Shown here: positions 1 through 7,456 of the stretch, piece after piece
Numbering within the stretch: the stretch's first letter is position 1
Layout: each line of letters begins with the position of its first letter
Origin: Candidatus Stahliibacteriota bacterium
GTDB lineage: Bacteria > Hydrothermota > UBA3073
NCBI GenBank assembly: GCA_030627085.1
Contig: DAOUSS010000002.1
Span: 1-37,823, forward strand
Length of the DNA stretch: 37,823 nucleotides
Direction of reading: 5' to 3'
Translations under genes and position numbers: made by a program
Notes under the pieces: model-generated
What the model saw: the letters and a program-made list of their open reading frames with translations, nothing else
Told to the model about the DNA's origin: nothing
Databases searched by the model: none

Positions 1-149
1 ATAAAAGGCTGACGCCTTAACTCCATCACAATCGACATTAAAAGCTCTCCTGTGGACAACCACAAGGGTTGTCCCTACACTGTAGGGACAAAGTTTATTC
101 CTGTCCGCAACATGGGAAAATCACATTTTTGCACAGCCTGTGAAGGTTG

Positions 150-223
150 CTCCTACCTATCCCTCTCTTCACTTTTCACCATTCACTTTTCACTCTTCAC
201 TCCTCACCCTTCTTCTCCTCTTC
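150..223. repeat. G-free TCACTTT-type word array spanning the dnaK stop
   Basis: ttcacttttcaccattcacttttcactcttcactcctcaccc. There is no G from 150 to 223. The dnaK TGA (rc) is at 197-199. Confidence 0.7.
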
Positions 224-2155
224 GTCTATCACTTCGTACTCTGCCTCCTGTGGACCCTCCTCCTTTTTTGGTTCTTCTTTCTTCTCTTCTTCTTTGCCTT
301 CTTCTGTCTTCTTATACATCTCTTCTGCCAGTTTATAAGATGCCTTTTGAACTTCCTCTATAGCTTTTTTTATTGCCTCTGTATCATTACCATCTTTCAC
401 TTTCTTCAAAGAGGTGAGGGCGTTCTCTATAGCACCTCTTTCCTCTTGTGTCACTTTATCACCAAATTCCCTCAATGATTTCTCTACTGAATATATAACC
501 GCATCTGCCTGGTTTCTTGTCTCTATCAACCCCTTCTTCTTCCTATCTTCTGCCTCATGTTCTTTTGCCTCCTTCTCCATCTTTTCAATCTCTTCCTGTG
601 ATAACCCGGAAGAGGATGTTATACGGATAGACTGTTCCTTGCTGGTTGCCTTGTCCTTCGCAGAGACATGCAGTATCCCGTCAGCATCTATATTAAACGT
701 AACATCGATCTGTGGAATTCCCCTTGGCGCAGGTGGGATGCCCATAAGATCAAATCTTCCAAGTGTGCGATTGTCTGCTGCCATAGGGCGCTCACCCTGA
801 AGTACATGTATGGTAACGGCTGTCTGTCCATCCTCCGCAGTTGTAAACACCTGACTCTTACGAGTTGGAATTGTAGTATTCCTTGGTATTATCGATGTCA
901 TAACCCCGCCAAGTGTCTCAATACCAAGCGTGAGGGGAGTCACATCCAGAAGCAGAACTTCCTTTTTTCCTTCTCTCCCTGCTGAAAGCATGTCACCCAT
1001 AATGCTTGCACCAATCGCAACAACCTCGTCAGGATTTACACCCTTGTGTGGCTCTTTGCCAAAGAAATTCCTAATAAATTCCTGTACCTTTGGCATTCTC
1101 GTCATACCGCCCACAAGTACTATCTCATCTATATCCTCCACGCCTTTTATACTGGAACCAGCTTTCTTTAAAGCATCTTCAAGCGCCTTTTCGGTTGGGG
1201 GCCTCATACCTTCCAGTAGATCCGATACCAGTGATTCAAGTTTTGCCCTCGTCACTTTCATCTCAAGGTGCTTTGGACCAGATGCGTCTGCTGTAATGAA
1301 CGGCAGATTGATATCAGTCTCGAGAACCGTTGACAGTTCACATTTTGCCTTCTCTGCCGCATCTCTTATACGCTGAAGTGCGGATCTATCCTTTCTTAAG
1401 TCAATTCCATACCCTTTTCGAAACTCATCCGCAAGCCAATCTACTATACGCTGGTCAAAGTTGTCTCCACCAAGATGTGTATCACCATTTACTGCAATAA
1501 CCTCAATCATAGGTGGTGTTTCTCTCATATCTATCTCCAGAATGGATATATCGAATGTTCCACCACCTAAGTCAAACACTGCAACTTTTTGTTTCTTTGA
1601 TGATCCAAGCCCGTATGCAAGCGATGCAGCTGTGGGTTCATTTATAATTCTCTGGACTTCAAGTCCTGCTATCTTACCAGCATCCTTCGTTGCCTGTCTT
1701 TGAGAATCATTGAAATAGGCGGGAACAGTAACCACTGCCTTTGTAATCTTTTCTCCGAGATATGCCTCTGCTGCTTCCTTCAGGTATTTGAGTATCATAG
1801 CAGACATTTCAGGTGGTGAAAACTGTTTACCCGCAACTATTACTCTCGCGTCTTGATGAGGACCTTTCACGACCTTATAAGGAACAAGTTTCATCTCCTC
1901 TGTCACTTCGCTGTGCCTTCTACCCATAAACCTCTTTATAGAGTATATCGTATTCTCTGGATTTGTTATCATTTGTCTCTTTGCTGAAGGACCAATAACC
2001 CATTCCTTTGTCTTTGGATTAAATGCAACCACGGAAGGTGTGGTCCTTCCACCCTCTGGATTTGGTATTACGATTCTCTCACTACCGTCCACGGCTGCAA
2101 CACAGGAGTTTGTTGTTCCAAGGTCTATTCCTATTATTCTTTCTTTTTTTGCCAT
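197..2155 (-). CDS. dnaK: Molecular chaperone DnaK (Hsp70)
   Basis: 652-aa ORF with [22 protein letters not shown] and DLGGGTFD. Full-length Hsp70 with an acidic E/K tail. GGAGG lies 7 nt upstream of the ATG, and the gene lies 4 nt downstream of grpE. Confidence 0.97.
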   Translation of the reverse strand: MAKKERIIGIDLGTTNSCVAAVDGSERIVIPNPEGGRTTPSVVAFNPKTKEWVIGPSAKRQMITNPENTIYSIKRFMGRRHSEVTEEMKLVPYKVVKGPHQDARVIVAGKQFSPPEMSAMILKYLKEAAEAYLGEKITKAVVTVPAYFNDSQRQATKDAGKIAGLEVQRIINEPTAASLAYGLGSSKKQKVAVFDLGGGTFDISILEIDMRETPPMIEVIAVNGDTHLGGDNFDQRIVDWLADEFRKGYGIDLRKDRSALQRIRDAAEKAKCELSTVLETDINLPFITADASGPKHLEMKVTRAKLESLVSDLLEGMRPPTEKALEDALKKAGSSIKGVEDIDEIVLVGGMTRMPKVQEFIRNFFGKEPHKGVNPDEVVAIGASIMGDMLSAGREGKKEVLLLDVTPLTLGIETLGGVMTSIIPRNTTIPTRKSQVFTTAEDGQTAVTIHVLQGERPMAADNRTLGRFDLMGIPPAPRGIPQIDVTFNIDADGILHVSAKDKATSKEQSIRITSSSGLSQEEIEKMEKEAKEHEAEDRKKKGLIETRNQADAVIYSVEKSLREFGDKVTQEERGAIENALTSLKKVKDGNDTEAIKKAIEEVQKASYKLAEEMYKKTEEGKEEEKKEEPKKEEGPQEAEYEVIDEEEKKGEE

Positions 2156-2159
2156 AATA

Positions 2160-2636
2160 TTACCTCCTTTTCTGTGTTACCACAACCCTTGCGGGTCGGG
2201 CAAGTTTCCCCTTTAAGTTATATCCCTTTTCAAGTTCCTCTATGACAATCCCATCCTTGTGCTTGGATGGAACCACAGATACTGCCTCGTGGTACCTGGG
2301 GTCAAATTCCTTACCTACTGATTTAAAAGCCTCAACACCTTCTTTTTTTAATATGCTTAACAGGTGCTTGTATATCAGTTCAATACCCTTAGAGAAGTCA
2401 TTATCGCTATGTTTCACCATAAGTGCCCTTTCAAAATTATCAACGACTGGGATGAATTCTTTGAGGAGCCTTTCGTTTGCATACTTCATAAATTCCTCAG
2501 ATTCCTTTTTCATACGCTTCTTATAGTTTTCAAGATCTGCAAGCGCCATAAGATATTTATTCCTTAGTTCCTTGATCTCTTTATTTTTGGTTTTTATCTC
2601 TTCTTCCAGTTCTTTTTTTGTCTTTTTCTTTTCCAT
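2160..2636 (-). CDS. grpE: Nucleotide exchange factor GrpE
   Basis: Charged coiled-coil N-terminus and GrpE C-terminal domain (..[16 protein letters not shown]). The tracked ORF starts at TTG 2657. I prefer ATG 2636 (MEKKKTKK..) because a GGGGGA run lies just upstream. Confidence 0.9.
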   Translation of the reverse strand: MEKKKTKKELEEEIKTKNKEIKELRNKYLMALADLENYKKRMKKESEEFMKYANERLLKEFIPVVDNFERALMVKHSDNDFSKGIELIYKHLLSILKKEGVEAFKSVGKEFDPRYHEAVSVVPSKHKDGIVIEELEKGYNLKGKLARPARVVVTQKRR

Positions 2637-2649
2637 AAATCCCCCATAC

Positions 2650-2757
2650 AATATCAAAAATCAAAATGCAAAAAGTTGACGGTTAACAGGCTTCGGTGAA
2701 CTCAGCCGAACCGTTATCGGTGATCGGTAATATAAAATCTGTAATCTAAAATCTACT
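2650..2757. repeat. Composite spacer: A-rich words, CGGTKAW words, A-rich words
   Basis: aatatcaaaaatcaaaatgcaaaa (2650-2673). Then TTGACGG and cggttaa/cggtgaa/ccgttat/cggtgat/cggtaat (2676-2730). Then ataaaatctgtaatctaaaatc. Confidence 0.65.
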
Positions 2758-3448
2758 ACACATTCGTTACTATTATTCCAATCCTGTCCCATCGTATCTT
2801 TTTGAGCAACTTATACATAGGGATTTCTTTCTTCCAGGACCAGTGGATTATAAATGGCCTTCCCCTTAAATTATCATAAGGTAATGGTCCCCAGAATCGT
2901 GAGTCATAAGAGTTGTCTCTGTTATCCCCCATTAAAAAAACATAGTCCTCCGGTATCACTACAGGTCCAAAATTATCTCTGACATACCCGCCTGCATTTC
3001 GAAATTCACCATTCTGCCACAGGCTCTGATATCGTTCTCTGTCACTTATTTTGAGCGGAGGATAAATATGATGTTTATCCGTGTGAATAACATAGGGCTC
3101 CTCCACTTTTTCTCCATTTATATACAGAACCTTACTTCTTATTTCGACCGTATCTCCCGCAACTGCAATACATCGCTTGACAAAGTCCTTACGCTCAAGA
3201 GGAAATCTAAATATAACAATCTCTCCACTCTCTGGCTGATTCCACTTGAATACCATCTTGTTTCGAAATGGTACCTGCAACCCATAATTGAACTTTGTTG
3301 CAAAAAGGAAATCGCCAATAAGGAGGGTGTCTTCCATAGAACCCGTCGGTATCTTGTATGCCTGAATCACATATGCCCTTATTAAAATCACTGCCAGTAC
3401 AATAGAAACCACATCAAGTAACCATTTTCGTGTTTTCTTCTCTTTCAT
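2756..3448 (-). CDS. lepB: Signal peptidase I
   Basis: Has the GSMEDTL serine box, KRCIAVAGD lysine box and GDNRDNSYDSRFWG. ATG 3448 (MKEKKTRKW plus a TM helix) is preferred over the upstream start at 3490, with GGGGG 7 nt upstream. Confidence 0.92.
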   Translation of the reverse strand: MKEKKTRKWLLDVVSIVLAVILIRAYVIQAYKIPTGSMEDTLLIGDFLFATKFNYGLQVPFRNKMVFKWNQPESGEIVIFRFPLERKDFVKRCIAVAGDTVEIRSKVLYINGEKVEEPYVIHTDKHHIYPPLKISDRERYQSLWQNGEFRNAGGYVRDNFGPVVIPEDYVFLMGDNRDNSYDSRFWGPLPYDNLRGRPFIIHWSWKKEIPMYKLLKKIRWDRIGIIVTNV

Positions 3449-3595
3449 TAAAAGACCCCCTTGTATATAGTATTGTAAAAACCAAACCACACCTGCCTAC
3501 TGCAGGCAGAACAGTTTGCAAAGAGAGAAAAGCAGCAGATAATAAGTAGTACGGGTTACATATATAGTTGTATTTCATGGCAGAAAGTTACAAAA

Positions 3596-5443
3596 TCATT
3601 CTCTCACTGCAAGAAACGCCTCCTTCGGTATCTCGACCATTCCTATGCGTTTCATCTTTTTCTTACCTTCTTTCTGTCTCTCAAGCAGTTTACGCTTTCT
3701 AGTTATATCTCCTCCATAGCACTTCGCTGTTACATCCTTTCTTATGGGTGCAACCCTTGATTTTGCTATAATTCTGCCATTACTGGATGCCTGTATCACA
3801 ACCTCAAACAACTGCCTCGGTACAATCTCCTTCAATCTCCTTGTCAACCTTACTCCTTCGTGGTATGCCCTCTCTTTTGATACTATATTTGAAAAGGCAT
3901 CCACTTGCTTTCCATTTACCAATATGTCAAGTTTCACGAAATCTCCGGGTTTGTACTCCAGGAATTCATAGTTAAGAGAAGCGAAACCCTGGGATATTGA
4001 TTTCAAATTATCATAAAAATCAAATATAATCTCCGAGAGTGGAATCTCATATTCTATCTCCACCATATTCTCTCTGTGATAAAGAATAGACCTCTGTATA
4101 CCTCTTTTGCCTTCACAAAGCTCGAGTATTTTTCCTATATATTCAGGAGGCGTGAATATTTTTGCCCTTACAATCGGTTCCTCTATGTTCTCTATTTCTG
4201 TAGGCTTAGGAAGTTGTCCAGGGTTTTCTATCCAGATAATACCTCCATTACGGAGAACGATTCTGTATCGTATATTGGGAGAAGTAGTAACTATGGAGAT
4301 ACCCATCTCTCTCTCCAGTCTCTCTTCTATAATCTTCTTATGGAGCATACCAAGAAACCCGCATCTAAAACCAAATCCAAGCGCGGATGATACTTCAGGT
4401 TCATATACAAGACTTGAATCCGCAAGAACAAGTTTCTCAAGTGCCTCTTTTAACGAGTCATAATCCTCACCATCTGCTGGATATACCCCAGCGTACACAT
4501 ATGGAGTTACCTCACGATAGCCCGGAAGTGGCTCCACATTCTGGATTTCAATTTTTGCTTTTTGCGTTTTGCGTTTTGTCCCGCGGGAGCGGAATGCCGT
4601 CAAAGGCGGGGCATTTTGCACTTTGCATTTTGCACTTTGCATTTTCATTATGGTGTCTCCAACCTTTACATCCTTTGCATCTCTTATATTGCAAATTATA
4701 TACCCTACATCTCCTGATTCAAGAACCTCTGATTTTGTCCTGTCAGGGGAGAAGTAACCCACTTCCTGCACCTCAAAGGTCTTTCCACCTCTAAAAAACT
4801 GAACAATATCGCCAGCTCTTATACTTCCACACATAACCCTTATATAGGGAATAGCTCCTCTATATTCATCGTAGTATGAATCAAATATGAGCGCTTGTAA
4901 AAGGGAGCCTTCTCTTCGAGGTGATGGAATCTTCTCTATTATTCTTCCCATAAGTTCCTCAACCCCCCATCCGTTTTTTGCTGACACAAGGAGTATCTCA
5001 TCTGAATCAAGCAGATCTATAAGTTCTCTCCTTACATCCTCAATGTGTGCATTTGGAAGATCTATCTTGTTTATAACCGGAATTATTATAAGACCTGCGT
5101 CAAGTGCCATATAAAGATTACTCATAGTCTGTGCCTGAACCCCTTGAACTGCATCAACGAGAAGGATTACTCCCTCACATGCAGCAAGACTCCTTGTCAC
5201 CTCATAGGAAAAATCAACATGCCCCGGCGTATCTATAAGATTGAGTATAAACCCCTTATATTCCATTTTTATGGGATGTGCCTTTATCGTTATTCCGTGC
5301 TCCCTTTCAAGCTCCATCCTATCCAGAACCTGCTCCCTCATAAGTCTCCTTGGGATGGTCTCTGTAATCTCAAGCATCCTGTCCGCAAGGGTAGATTTTC
5401 CATGGTCTATATGGGCAATTATACAGAAATTACGTTTATCCAT
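3596..5443 (-). CDS. lepA: Translation elongation factor 4 (LepA)
   Basis: 615 aa with G motifs AHIDHGKST, DTPGH and NKID, and LepA-specific C-terminal KCYGGDITRKRKLLERQKEGKKKMK. It carries a ~32-codon low-complexity insert between domains II and III (see findings). No SD is visible. Confidence 0.96.
   Translation of the reverse strand: MDKRNFCIIAHIDHGKSTLADRMLEITETIPRRLMREQVLDRMELEREHGITIKAHPIKMEYKGFILNLIDTPGHVDFSYEVTRSLAACEGVILLVDAVQGVQAQTMSNLYMALDAGLIIIPVINKIDLPNAHIEDVRRELIDLLDSDEILLVSAKNGWGVEELMGRIIEKIPSPRREGSLLQALIFDSYYDEYRGAIPYIRVMCGSIRAGDIVQFFRGGKTFEVQEVGYFSPDRTKSEVLESGDVGYIICNIRDAKDVKVGDTIMKMQSAKCKVQNAPPLTAFRSRGTKRKTQKAKIEIQNVEPLPGYREVTPYVYAGVYPADGEDYDSLKEALEKLVLADSSLVYEPEVSSALGFGFRCGFLGMLHKKIIEERLEREMGISIVTTSPNIRYRIVLRNGGIIWIENPGQLPKPTEIENIEEPIVRAKIFTPPEYIGKILELCEGKRGIQRSILYHRENMVEIEYEIPLSEIIFDFYDNLKSISQGFASLNYEFLEYKPGDFVKLDILVNGKQVDAFSNIVSKERAYHEGVRLTRRLKEIVPRQLFEVVIQASSNGRIIAKSRVAPIRKDVTAKCYGGDITRKRKLLERQKEGKKKMKRIGMVEIPKEAFLAVRE
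4549..4647. repeat. Spacer-like word-array element inserted in-frame in lepA
   Basis: Sense strand: (tgcaaag/tgcaaaa)x4, GC-rich core ccccgccTTTGACGGcattccgctcccgcggg, then (acaaaac/gcaaaac/gcaaaaa). Confidence 0.8.
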
Positions 5444-5450
5444 AAATGTA

Positions 5451-5485
5451 GTAATTAGGTTATTGAGTTATTAAGTCATTGAGTG
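5451..5485 (-). repeat. TAATNACC-class word array directly upstream of lepA
   Basis: The minus strand reads cactcaatgacttaataactcaataacctaattac and then ..ATG. Confidence 0.7.
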
Positions 5486-5556
5486 TCTGGTAAAAAAATA
5501 GTGTCCGAATGAAATTTTCACCGGGATCTAATTAAGTAAATGGTTGTAGCACTTCG

Positions 5557-5619
5557 TTACACATTACACATTCCACATTTCACATTCCACCTTCCACATT
5601 TCACATTACACATTCCACC
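5557..5619. repeat. G-free CACATT-type word array overlapping the panC stop
   Basis: ttacacattacacattccacatttcacattccaccttccacatttcacattacacattccacc. 63 nt with no G. Confidence 0.8.
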
Positions 5620-6463
5620 TGGCTGGAACTGCGATTATGTTGTCAATCAACCTTGTCCTGCCAAAATAGACAGCAAGGGCGAGTAGTACCGGTTTGTTTA
5701 TTGTCTTTACAAGTTTTAGGTTCTTACTGTCAACCACCTCTATATAATCAATTCGTGCCGTCCTTTTCCCTTCTATCATCTTGCGCATTGTTTTAATAAT
5801 TTTATCTGTATTATCCTCACCCTCTTCTACCAGATTTTTTCCGAAGAGCAAGGATTTATACAGAACTGCAGCGTCTTTCCTCTCCTTGTCCGTCAAGTGT
5901 ATATTTCTTGAAGAGACTGCAAGTCCATCACCTTCTCTAACAGTGGGAGAGAGGACTATCTCTATATCAAGATTCGTATCAGAAACCATTCTCTTTATCA
6001 GTATCGCCTGCTGATAATCCTTTTCTCCAAACACTGCAAGATGCGGTCTAACAATGTTAAAAAGTTTCATACATACAGTAGCAACCCCTCTCATATGTCC
6101 TGGTCTTCTTGCTCCACAGAGTGTAGCATCAAATCCTTCTACCTCTACATAGGTTGAATAACCTGTGGGATACATATCTTTTATGTCTGGATAAAATAGT
6201 ATATCAACATCTCTCTCTTTAAGAAGTCGTTTATCACGCTCAAAATCCCTCGGATAGGTCAGATAATCTTCAGATGGTCCAAATTGCTTTGGATTTACAA
6301 ATATGCTTACTACAACAATCTCAGATAGAGATCTCGCTCTATCTATAAGGGAGAGGTGCCCTTTATGCAGAAAACCCATCGTCGGGACAAACCCTATCTT
6401 CTCCTCCTTTCGGAGTTCACAAGAGAGGATCTGCATATTTTTTACAGTAGTAATTACCTTCAT
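5606..6463 (-). CDS. panC: Pantoate--beta-alanine ligase
   Basis: 285 aa with FVPTMGFLHKGHLSLI. Length and N-terminal spacing match PanC. The last ~4 codons are encoded by the downstream word array. Confidence 0.93.
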   Translation of the reverse strand: MKVITTVKNMQILSCELRKEEKIGFVPTMGFLHKGHLSLIDRARSLSEIVVVSIFVNPKQFGPSEDYLTYPRDFERDKRLLKERDVDILFYPDIKDMYPTGYSTYVEVEGFDATLCGARRPGHMRGVATVCMKLFNIVRPHLAVFGEKDYQQAILIKRMVSDTNLDIEIVLSPTVREGDGLAVSSRNIHLTDKERKDAAVLYKSLLFGKNLVEEGEDNTDKIIKTMRKMIEGKRTARIDYIEVVDSKNLKLVKTINKPVLLALAVYFGRTRLIDNIIAVPARWNV

Positions 6464-6911
6464 AGATTCTATTATACAGTTCTGTTATGGATACCTTTTC
6501 TTTTGGATGTATAAAAAAAGGAGCAATCTCCTTCAAAGGAACAAGCACAAATAGTCTCTCGGTAAGCCTGGGGTGAGGTATAATAATGCCAGGGGCGTCT
6601 ATAAGCATATCGCCAAAAAAGAGTATATCTATATCAATCGTTCTTGGCGCAAATCTTTTACCCCTTTCTCTACCAAGATGGGCTTCTATCTTATGAATGT
6701 ATCCGAGGAGTTCAAACGGCGAGGCAGAGGAGAAATCGTACTCCAGAACACAATTTAGAAACATTGGCTGTGGGGTTTCAGCCACAGGTTCTGTTTCGTA
6801 AACTGATGATGTCTTTACGATTCTCCCATATTTAGAAAGACATTTTGCAGCCTCTTGTAGATTAGATAATTTTCCTCTTAAATTAGACCCAAGACAGAGG
6901 TATGTTAACAA
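6417..6911 (-). CDS. folK: 2-amino-4-hydroxy-6-hydroxymethyldihydropteridine pyrophosphokinase (HPPK)
   Basis: 164 aa with YLCLGSNL, RFAPRTIDIDILF and IIPHPR. TTG start lies 10 nt after AGGAGG. It overlaps the panC start by 47 nt. Confidence 0.88.
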   Translation of the reverse strand: MLTYLCLGSNLRGKLSNLQEAAKCLSKYGRIVKTSSVYETEPVAETPQPMFLNCVLEYDFSSASPFELLGYIHKIEAHLGRERGKRFAPRTIDIDILFFGDMLIDAPGIIIPHPRLTERLFVLVPLKEIAPFFIHPKEKVSITELYNRIYEGNYYCKKYADPLL

Positions 6912-7023
6912 TCAGTATCACCCTCCTTTAACTCTTCAAGGTAAGAAACGGCAGTAACATCCGCCACAGCATAAATATAGATATTGAGAAGAAGACAATA
7001 GAAACCCATCAAAATCTATTTAT

Positions 7024-7052
7024 ATTATAACACAAAAATCCCAAAATTTCAA
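7024..7052 (-). promoter_or_regulatory. Sigma70-like promoter for folK-panC
   Basis: Minus strand TTGAAA (7052-7047), 17-nt spacer, TGtTATAAT (extended -10, TATAAT 7029-7024). Confidence 0.6.
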
Positions 7053-7091
7053 GTTTTTTTTGAAAAAAATATAATCCTGCCTTAAAAATAC

Positions 7092-7120
7092 TTGACAAAC
7101 AGGAAATTTTGGTGTAAAAT
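7092..7120 (+). promoter_or_regulatory. Sigma70-like promoter for ftcD (long structured leader)
   Basis: TTGACA 7092-7097, exactly 17-nt spacer, TAAAAT 7115-7120. Divergent from the folK promoter. Confidence 0.6.
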
Positions 7121-7140
7121 AGGCAAATGCAAGGGTCGAA

Positions 7141-7387
7141 TTGGACGCAGATTTACGCAGATTATCAAGATTTTTTATATTTCTTCTATTATTATGGTGT
7201 AAACAAGGGGAAATGGAGAACGTCCCACTTCGTTGGTGCCCGAAAGTGAAAAATATGAAGTTTTATAAGTTATTGTTTCTCAATAAAATATAATTTTTTC
7301 TTCTCCATTTCTCTATATTCACCCTTTCTCCTTATGATTTTCGCAGTTAATTCGTTATCCTGTTCATCTGCGTAAATCTGCGTCCAA
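7141..7387. repeat. 247-bp element bounded by perfect 22-bp inverted repeats (MITE-like element or long RNA hairpin)
   Basis: TTGGACGCAGATTTACGCAGAT (7141-7162) is the exact reverse complement of 7366-7387. A nested inverted repeat GAAATGGAGAA (7210-7220) / TTCTCCATTTC (7301-7311) lies inside. Confidence 0.8.
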
Positions 7388-7396
7388 AAATAACAA

Positions 7397-7452
7397 TTTT
7401 GCATTTTGATTTTTGATATTTGATTTTTAATTTTTTATATATTGTATGGGGG
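7397..7452 (+). repeat. T-rich TTTTGAT leader module (shared with the grpE leader and with 9374-9406)
   Basis: ttttgcattttgatttttgatatt (7397-7420) is identical to the reverse complement of 2650-2673. attgtatggggg (7441-7452) is identical to the reverse complement of 2641-2652. Confidence 0.8.
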
Positions 7453-7456
7453 TTAT

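Noticed and set aside
52-478. Three overlapping plus-strand ORFs (103, 112 and 63 aa) at the dnaK 3' end
   Set aside because: They are antisense to the dnaK acidic tail and to the G-free word array. The translations are poly-L/F/S artefacts.
2637-2755. CIRCE (HrcA operator) or a sigma32-type promoter upstream of grpE-dnaK
   Set aside because: I looked for TTAGCACTC-N9-GAGTGCTAA and CTTGAAA..CCCCAT and found neither. Only weak hairpins are present (TTCGG/CCGAA, ACGG/CCGT).
4387-4794. Plus-strand ORFs (135 aa and 62 aa) across the lepA insert
   Set aside because: They are antisense to lepA. They are kept open by the low-complexity insert, with no start context.
7141-7387. Target-site duplication flanking the inverted-repeat element
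   Set aside because: The flanks are aa / aa within A-rich sequence, which is not informative. I therefore do not assert a MITE identity.
7127-7456. THF or other known riboswitch in the ftcD leader
   Set aside because: The folate link is attractive, but I recognise no conserved core of the THF-I/II, TPP, SAM, FMN, cobalamin or glycine classes. Perfect 22-bp arms point to a repeat element. This needs Infernal to settle.
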